A stretch of 64,000 nucleotides of DNA from contig OZ024742.1 in the NCBI GenBank assembly GCA_964016885.1, positions 137,330,001 through 137,394,000 of the forward strand, in the 5' to 3' direction. The position numbers and the translations under genes are program-made. The DNA is from Eledone cirrhosa. Lineage: Eukaryota. This document shows, one piece after another, positions 54,551 to 64,000 of the stretch. Within the stretch, counting starts at the first letter, position 1. Each line of letters starts with the position of its first letter. The notes under the pieces are model-generated. The model saw only the letters and a program-made list of their open reading frames with translations, searched no databases and was not told where the DNA came from.

Positions 54551-56024
54551 ATTATTTTAATATATTTCGCTGTGGTCTATTATTTCATTTGAAATAATAT
54601 ATATATATATATGAATTTGTTTGGCAATTTCTTTTGTAGTATGAAATAGTCTGTTGAAACAAATATAGTTAGATTTGGGGAGGGTCATATTGTTATAATA
54701 TTGTCAGAAATATATAATAAAACACACTCACTGTTTGGTTTGGGTTGGTTTACTGTTCCGTATATTTTACATCCTTATAACTTAGCTGGCAATCAATGTT
54801 ATCAGGGAAATTAAAATAAACATTACTGATCGTAGTGTATGATAGATTATTGAAGCATTTTCTTCATACACTATTAAATATTATTTTCAAATGTGTATTT
54901 TAGAGATACTATTTCAAGGCGGATAAATGTTTGGAACATCTGCTTTCGGGAGAGGGGTCAAATCCTACTACCCGGCAATATCTTTGTATCAATTGACACG
55001 GCATTTAATTCTTCCTGCCACATTTTCTGTTTATCGAGCTGTTAAATGAGAACCTTCTCATATGGGAAAGGGAACCATGTGTAGATTAAATAACGAAGTA
55101 TTTTCTTTTCACTTACTTAAATATATAGGAATAGAATTAAGTATTTCTGATATGATTCCTCGTGACTTGGTTAAAAATATAATCTATTTCATGCTTTAAC
55201 GGCAGAAATAGTAAATAAACCACATGTTTTATAATTTTGTAGAGTCGAATGTAACATAGTTTGTTATTTCTATTAATAAATGGAATATAGTTATTATTCT
55301 AATAATATTTATTTGTCCCCTTTTTTAGAATATTATCCCCACGAGAAAGCATACTGTTAAGAATAACATATCATTGGTAAAATATTTAATTACCCGGAGA
55401 TAGACAGAAAGGATTTATTTGTAAATAGAGAGGACAATTCCTGTCATATTCTATAGATCCAGTATACTCCCTAGTGATTTTTAATGGTTTTGTGTGCTGA
55501 GGTGTCATTAGGGATCTTTATAGACCGTATTGTATTTTCTACAAACATCGAGTAGAAACATTCTACAACATGCGGTCTGAAGAAATATATATTTATAAAT
55601 GTCTTGCAATATATACTATTATAAATATGAAGTAATGGGTTCGATCGTCAAATCGGACAAATGAAGTAATGTTTACGTTGGTCTTTTAATTGCTGATACT
55701 CTCTGTCGATCGGGAATTAAAGCAGCAAAGGTGAGGAAATCTTTGGACACAAAAGTTACCAGAACAGCAAAAAAAGGAGAAAGTAATTTAATAAAGAGTA
55801 ATAACCGGACAAAAAAACAAAAACAAACAAACACCAACTTTAAATTAAAACGTTAAAATAGAAAGTTTTGATTGTCTTTGAATATCGGGGTTTAACTCAG
55901 GTTTGCTGTACTAAAGAACGTGTGTTTGAAAGTTTTCTCGTGTAAAATGCTAGAATATATTTGCTACAAAAATGCTCTCTCTGGTAGTTAATAAACAATG
56001 ACACGTAGTATAAATTAGAGTAAG

Positions 56025-56178
56025 GGTAACGAATTGACAGATCCGTTAAAACGTCGGATAGAGTGCTTTGCGGTATTCATTCTGGCATCTGCTCTCTGAG
56101 TTCAAATCCCGCCAAAGTAAACTTTGCCTTTCATCCATTCGAGGTCGCTATAAAAAGTACCAATCAAGTACTGGTGTC
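56025..56178 (+). mobile_element. tRNA-derived SINE, diverged
   Basis: gagttcaaatcccgccaaagtaaactttgcctttcatccattcgaggtc. Confidence 0.65.
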
Positions 56179-57288
56179 GTTTCTTTCTCTGTATCACTTT
56201 CTCTCTTCCATTGTATCACCCTCTGTCCTTCTCCAGTAGAAATTTGCTGTATTCGGACCTGGAGAGACGATGTTCTCCGCTAGGTTTAAAATTTCGTTAA
56301 AATTACGTTCACTTGGGAGTTACGAGACCATGTATGTATGAATAATAGTGATCAATTGTAAATTGAAACATTATTAGTGGTCAAATAATCATCCCAGAAT
56401 TCTGCAATATCTTACGGTTTAATCAGATTAAAAAGAGTGTTATATAATTTTCTACTAAAGAAAACCCATATATACGTATTAAATCCTCTGACCATGGGAC
56501 GTAAGTTGTTTCTGGCAGTTTCTCTTAGGATATTAAACAACTTTTCTTTTTGTACTCTTCTATTATTTGTAATTACTATATTCTAGTTTTCTCTTTACAT
56601 TTTCACACTCACTCTTTCATTTTCTACCTATCTATGCCCCTTATATATATATCGTCTAATTTACAGGAATAGGATTTGACAACTCATAAAATAAGAAATT
56701 TTCTCTAATGCCACTGATTGTTATTATATTACTCGTTCACACCTAAAGGTTAAATATCCATTGACTGATCGATAAAAAAGTATTTCCATCCTTTTTCGTT
56801 TTGCTAACGAATGCAAACAAATGAGTTAGACGGATATCTTACATAGTATCGTTATTGAATCGCCGGTATTGTTCTCTTACGAAACATGCATAGTAAAGCA
56901 ATGTGCCTTCCGAAATAACAAACAAAACAAGAAAAGGAAATGGAAAAAGTATTATTTTGTTCTAGAAGTCCTATGAAAAATATTCTCTAACAGGATTTCT
57001 TTTCTTTATTTTACATCTTATTTTCCCTTCTCTATTTTTCGATTTTCTTTCTACTTTTCTGTGCCACGGAAAGCTTTTATCAATAAAACCTAAACTGACA
57101 TGCAACGGTGCCTGTTTATTCACGAGATTGAAAACAGGAAGTTGTGGCTGCCCCCTTTTTCTACTTCGAAGACACACACACACACATATCATATATATAC
57201 CAGAACAGCAATATATATATATACAGATATAGAGAAAGAGAGAGAGAGAGAAAGAGAGAGAGTGAGTGAGAGTGAGAGAGAAAGAGAA

Positions 57289-57367
<79 letters not shown>

Positions 57368-58374
57368 AAAAGGTTACACCAAAACAAAATAAAGAATTGC
57401 TTTAGCCAGCCATTTATTAATACACTCAAGTTTTGGTGAGAAGGTGAGAAGTTTAAAGTTGTCATCTTCGTTGCTAAGATGTTCAATGCGACGTTTTTGC
57501 TCAACTTGCATTTACGTGTCAATTTCAATCTTTAACAAACTAATTCTAGATTCCCACCTACCGACCGGACATCTCACCGTTCACTCTCTCTAGAATTTTC
57601 TATTTATGCTGAAAGCCAACTAAGATTAAGATTTTCTTTCGTCCTTTCTAAAGCAGTGCACATGAGACAGTATTCACCGATATAAAAGAATTTCTCGTGT
57701 CAAATAAAATAAATAAAAAAGAACTGATGTAAAAGAAACGATAACGAAAGGAGAATGAATGGGTTGTTACTATTTTGCAATTCTTCAGTTAAATTTTGGA
57801 CAGCAATTTCGTAACCTTAGCATTTTTTTGTTTTACAGTTTTTACTAAGTACTTTCTGCTCTCTGCACTCTCTCTTCTCTTATTTTCTTTTCCCCCTCTT
57901 TCCTTTTCTCTTATCTTACTATGGAATTTCATTATAATTTTATTGTATACATGCCTTCCACTTTGCGTCTTTCTTTCAAATGAATTATTTATTCTTTTCT
58001 CTATCCTCACACTATTCCACATTATAGTTTTGTCACAGTTTTATTGCTATTATTTATGCAATTGTGTTTTTATTATTATACATTTTCTGTAAACATATTT
58101 ATATAATTCTTCCTATCTTATTTATTGCAGGGTAATCATCGTGTTGTTGCCGCTATTATTATTATTATCATTTTTATTATTTACCGTATCAATATCATCA
58201 CCATCACCCTCACCATCACCGTAGTCGTTGTTGTTGTCATTCCACAAGACATTGTCATCAATATTTCTGGTTCGCTTTCGTCTATTCTCTTACGTAACTC
58301 AATGATTCCCCTCGAGATTAACTACACCTTTGAGCAGTTTTAACAATTCCTTCATTTTCTTTCCTTTCCCAACC

Positions 58375-58482
<108 letters not shown>

Positions 58483-58854
58483 CCTCAATTCACCTTATCG
58501 TTCATAAGCTATATTTTATTCCCCACCTTCATTCGCTTCATCCTTTCCTTCTTTACGTCTTTCTTTTTTTTCATAATTTCCCTTATTTTAGCCTATTTCA
58601 CTGCTAAGCTAGTGATCTCACGATGCTAATGCAATAAATTGTTGCGAAAAATAGCGAATAGTCACATAATCTATCTAATCTGATGAGGAAGTACATGTAT
58701 TGAGTTAGTGAAACCAACTTTATTTCTTAACCAGATTAACAATAGCAGGAAGGAAAAAAAAATATTTTCATTCTTTTTCTGTCAAAAAATAAAATAAAAA
58801 TAACATGAGAGAAACAAACTATTTAACAGAGAAAGCACAAGATCAACAACAACA

Positions 58855-58865
58855 ATAATAATACA

Positions 58866-58905
<40 letters not shown>

Positions 58906-58929
58906 TAATAATAATAATATTGTTATTAC

Positions 58930-58987
<58 letters not shown>

Positions 58988-59008
58988 TTATTATTATTAT
59001 TATTATTA
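58855..59008. repeat. Inverted microsatellite: (AAT)n directly followed by (ATT)n
   Basis: Strand switch near 58918-58921. Confidence 0.9.
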
Positions 59009-61239
59009 ATGATAAATAATATTAATAAGAATAAGGACTCTCAATATAACAACAATAAAAACAACAATGATTTCCCTTCATCTATACATCAATTCACGTA
59101 GCTAACCCACGAGATTTTGAGCGATAATCTGACAAAGGTTATGCATTCAAACACATACTTAAAAAGCGAACATTCTCGTTGTAAGCGCATGTGTTTGAGG
59201 GTTTCTGCGTACATTTGCTTGTATGTTATGTGAGGTTCATAATCACACACACATCCACACAAACTAATCCACACATGCATAAATATGCATACATCATCAT
59301 ACACACATTTGCTCGTATGTGTGGTTATATACTGAGGCAAGCACATATATACACATTCATTCAGACACGCACGCTCACACACACACACATATATATATAT
59401 ATATACATATATATGAATATATATATATATATAACTTACCTATATATTTATGTGTGTGTATGAGTGTGTGTGTGTGAGTGTGTGTGTGTGAGTGTGTGTG
59501 TGTGAGTATGTATGACTTTGTGTTTTTTTTCTGTGTACTTCAGTCAGCCGAAAATGACTGTTTTTGGAAGTCTTTATAATCAAATATGTGCTTACGGTTG
59601 TGTTTTTATTAATATGCCGATATATTGTGAGAGTTTATATTTTTCATTCCATTTGAAGTGTTCACTCCCTACCTATTTATATTAATTTGAACTATGACCA
59701 CACATCCATCTTACCTATATTTTAGAACTCCCATGTGGTCTCTTTGAAAGAAAGTGAAATAAAATATGTTGAAAGAATCCATTTGTATTATGGCAAAAGT
59801 AAAACATTCTCACGCATGGACACACCGTTGTACACGGTTCGTGCTTTTAAGCTCACTGATGTACACTATGTATAAGAGATATGTTGCTGAAATACATGCT
59901 TCTTCTGGGGCCACATGCCTCTAATATGGTCTTCATTTTCCGGTGCTTTATGTAAGTGTATGCAGATAGACAGGACACATAGCTTATGAAGCCAATATTG
60001 TATATTCATATGAAAATTGTCAGGTTTAGAGTGATATTACGTCATGCTTTGAGGTTACCTACATCCACTTCATATGTATGATGATGTTTTTGGAGAATCT
60101 ATGAAATGAACAGAACATATTCTCTGCTATCGATTTTTCAAACGCCCGAAATTATTTTTCTCTTTTTATATTCTATCTCGTTTTATTTCCGCACAGCTAA
60201 CTTGTTTCACAGTGCATCTCGTTTCATCGTTTTTCGTTTTCAGTTAAAAGTGCCTTTCGCTATACCTTCATTTTGTGTTTTATATTTGTGTATTTATCGA
60301 AAAGCCGCACTCTGTCCCAGGTTACTGTAGTTTGTTGACTTGTTTTATTGTGTTTTTATTGCTTGTGCGTTTGCAGAAATGACACTAACTTGAAAACACT
60401 CGCCATTTTTCTTCCACTATATGGGTACATTAATAAAATGTCTTACCTATTGTTCATAGTAATCGAATACGACTACATAAATTATGGGTTTATCTAAGAG
60501 GGCCTTTGCCGATTATATCTCATAATAGGATCGTACACATGTTTACAAATCAACATTTTAATAATAAAGCGCGTTGACAAATATTCAAACGAAAGTTCAT
60601 GAGGTTCCCAACTGAAATCCTTAACTACTCAACATTGCTGTATATCTATGTCTTTTTACATTCATGTGATAACAATATATTTGCGCGAAACTCACCAAGA
60701 AGCATATAAACTATAGACTTCATGATTTGGATCATACCTCGTGGAGTCTATTTGTTTTCGCGAGATAAAAGTCGAATTATGTCATATAGATGCCATATTT
60801 AGCCTCATGTTGATGTCATATTTTGCTAAGCGTAGTTAGAAACAATAACAGAATGATTTTTTCTGAAGACAGCAAAACAGTGTGTCAAGTAAATTATGGC
60901 CCTCAAAATGTTATTTTTTATTTCTAACTCAGAAAAACTAGAATAGCCTAGCCTGCAATAATACAATTATTTTGGCTTCGTTACATTTCATTATATGTGT
61001 TACATTACAGTAGACAGCTTCGAGGAGATCGGAGAAAAAGTGTGGCATGTACAACTTATAGTGCAGACACTTCCATCCAAACAAATGACATGCCCCTCGT
61101 GGAGCCGAACTGGGTAACCCGAATTTCGGCTGATGTTATCTGATATTCGCAGCATTCTGTAATAGCTGAACAGAATCGGGGCAGGCCGCCGAGGTATGAA
61201 ATAAAGTCCGCTACCCACTCTGAACTCTCGATTACCCCG

Positions 61240-62150
61240 AAAAGCCACTCTCATCTGCCTACCATCGATAGCTTTAGGTGGTCATCTAGATAGCTGACTA
61301 CGTTCCCGTCTTCAGAAGCTGGATCGCTGCAATGCATAGCGACATCTGATCTGTGGTCACAGTAAATAGACATCTTTCGGAACCTTTCCAGATGGCGCAC
61401 TCGTTCTCTCATGAGTATCCTTATTCACCCTTCTGTACTTATTGACGTTTGGGTCATTACTATGGGAGCTGGAGCTGTTGCAGAGCACTGCGCTCAATAG
61501 TGACGTCGGAAGCTAGATAGACGGACTGGTGAATTTGCTCGGGGTCTGGTTTGGACTAGATCTTCAGGTGGAGATGGACTGTGATGCGGTAACGAGCAGG
61601 TTGGCCATTTCCCCCTAGAAATGGTCCGAAAGGAATCTATCCATGAATGGTCAGGTGGTGGTGATGCACGTTTACATGGGATCCGTCATCTATTACCGCC
61701 TTACAGTCGACGAAATCGAATTAACCAGTCTGATCCGGAGCACTTTCTTTCCGAGGACTATGGCAAATTCCAGAAATCCTTGGCTCGGTATGTTTACCGG
61801 TAGCCACAGCCGGTTCGAAAGAAACTCTACAGGCTCGGAATTGCGGTCAGACGGACCTGTACGAGATGCGCACACAGCGACGATACCGTTCTGCACGCAC
61901 TCGTCCAATGTCTTTACATTTCTAACTTGTTCAGTTGTGCCGAACAGCTATTATCCCGTGCATGTTGGAATCCGCTATCACCTGAGTCTTTTGGCTGGGA
62001 AATGCAGGCAATGTTTCTATGTTTGGTAGCTGAAATGAAAGGGGTATTGTCGAGGTGGCTGAAAGGACTGAAGGCAGGCATTTTGTACTTCGCCAATACT
62101 TCATGAACATTTTCAACATCCACTTGGAAAGAAAAATGTTAGTGGAGAGG
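61240..62150 (+). pseudogene. Decayed, internally deleted Tx1-like LINE fragments related to 19506-25406
   Basis: VIYYRLTV; ggtctggtttggactagatcttcaggtggag; tccagaaatccttggctcgg; each matches the intact-like copy in reverse. Confidence 0.7.
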
Positions 62151-62471
62151 TAATTGAGGCACGCCTCCTAGAATATCTGTTAAAAGGTGGTTGAATGTAA
62201 CGATGACAGCCCGTGTTATTATGCCTACGCTGACCATGAGCCGGCAACCTGGTTAGTTTGGAGAGTACAGGAGCACCTTCGTACGGAGCTATTGAAGAGT
62301 AGGATGCTTTCGGGTGAGAGGGGCTCCAAAGGTACCCTTCTATGATCCGCGCCCATAGGGAATCTTTCATGTTATAACCTTTTCTTATTCGATTTCTTTG
62401 TAAACCTCCAGTGTCCATGTTTTATATTGCCCACAACTATGTCGGCCGTTGTGGTAATGAAACAATTCATT

Positions 62472-62680
62472 AGGCGGATTGGCAGTATCGTAGAGCGTCT
62501 AACAACATACTTTGTGACATAGAGGTACAGCCTTTTACTTACGGAGTTTATATCCCGCCGAGGTTAGCTTTGCTTTTCATCATTACAGGGTTAATAAAAT
62601 AAAGTACTAGTAATGCACTTGAGCCGATTTATTGAATTTCCCCGTGTTCCAAAATTGTTAGCCCTGTGCCTAAATCAGAA
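62472..62680 (+). mobile_element. tRNA-derived SINE
   Basis: ggcggattggcagtatcgtagagcgtc...tcccgccgaggttagctttgcttttcatcattacagggttaataaaataaagtac...ccctgtgcctaaa. Confidence 0.75.
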
Positions 62681-62705
62681 AATATTATTATTATTATTAT
62701 TATTG

Positions 62706-64000
62706 TTCTTTGAGTCTCAGTCATTGATGTTATTTAACTGGAAAGTTTGTTGAAATGAATATCAAGCCGCTACCTGCAGCCTCAGATATTCAGGACGTAT
62801 CGGAGGGTTCTTGCTGTTCCCAGCAAGCATGCCTTTTGAAGTGTTCCAAAAAGCGGGGCGGGGTCAATTTTCTTTAACCATCCTTGGAAACTCTTTGAGA
62901 TAGTACCTAGTGCGCCTATGACAATCGGGACCACTCTGACTTCAAGGCAGTTCCAAATCCTTTTTACCTCCCACTTTGAGTCCTGGTATCGGTTAATTTT
63001 CTCCTTCTCCTTTTCTTGCACTCTCGTGTCAAATGGGCAGGCTACATTTACAATCAGGCACGATCTTTTTTCCTTGTCCCAAACCACCAGGTCAGGCCAA
63101 TTGTGTTCTAATGTCTTGTCCGTTTGTATCCTAAAATCCCACAGCGCCTTCACCTGATCGTTTTCTATCACCGACTCTGGCTTATGCTCATACCACTTCT
63201 CAGAATGTGGTAAATTGTTTACTTTGCATAGATGCCAGTGCATCACCCTCCCTATCACATCATGTCTCCAGTCTTTATAGTGAGTCTGGGTTAGGTGTTT
63301 ACACTCGGATACAATTTGAGCCAGTCTCCTCTCTTTCTCTCCACAGATCCTACCTAGTGAGCAAGCCTCCTCCTTGTAAATATATTGTTTCACCAACTTC
63401 GTTTTGAGGGCCTGCTCTTGCGCAGCCATTAGCATTCCTTCTGTAGCCTTTTTAAGGTCTTCTCTTTGTAACCAGTTCCATGTCTGTGGATATCTAAATT
63501 CAGTTTTCCTAAAGAAGGTACTATGAAGGGATTTTTCATGGAGGTTGCTCTTCCTCATTGTTGATATTTCCTCCTTGGCCATCCCCCGGTCTATTGTCCC
63601 TCTCCTTCAGTACAATTCTGAGCATTGGCTCCTTACTATCAGTCACGTATTTGTGTAGGTTGTTTTTCTCCATCTGAACACAGTCCTCTATGCTGATAAG
63701 ACCTCTTCCACCTTCAGATCTCCTTAAGTAGAGTCTATCGACATCACTCCTCTTGTGGAACATGTTGTAGATAGTCAATAGCTTCCTAGTCTTCCTATCC
63801 ATTTCTTTTTGTTCAGCAACATTCCATCTCAGAATTCCCGCACTGTAACTAATAATAGACACAGCTCGATAAGTTACTGCACTTATGGCATTCCTACTGT
63901 TCAGATGTGACCTTAATACGCTACTGACTCTCCGAATGTATTCAGTTCTTATCAATTCCTTCATTTTTTTGTTCTTAATGTCATCAGCTTCCAGAACACC
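62706..64000 (-). mobile_element. Dong/R4-clade LINE, third copy (3' part), ending in (TAA)n
   Basis: ORFs 63536-63964 and 62782-63582 (WRHD, PDLVV, KACLLGTARTLRYVLNI); same 3' UTR as copies 1 and 2; (TTA)n at 62683-62705. Confidence 0.9.

Noticed and set aside
56180-56340. Host exon after a polypyrimidine tract (ttctccag)
   Set aside because: Donor sites are weak, the peptide is unrecognisable and it adjoins a SINE; needs RNA-seq

Overview
Eukaryotic, AT-rich, microsatellite-dense non-genic DNA. The SINE types and repeat landscape suggest a cephalopod, probably Octopus (inference). No host gene is supportable. The window holds retroelements: Penelope-like elements (PLE; RT + GIY-YIG), a near-full-length Tx1/L1-like LINE, three Dong/R4-like RLE LINE copies at (TAA)n, RTE/CR1/CRE fragments, tRNA-derived SINEs and one non-autonomous Helitron. 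The main signal is about 10 sequence-unrelated families of short, mostly non-coding elements sitting in (TA)n tracts. They form head-to-head fold-back pairs with one long and one short 3' arm, and most carry a readable type I hammerhead ribozyme (HHR). Three families use the compensatory U3:A8 core (UUGANAA). Several have very long stem II inserts and palindromic stem III. One inverted arm stops exactly at the predicted self-cleavage site. Two contain tandem, retrozyme-like units of about 440 and 595 nt. All folds were read by eye and coordinates may be off by a few bases.
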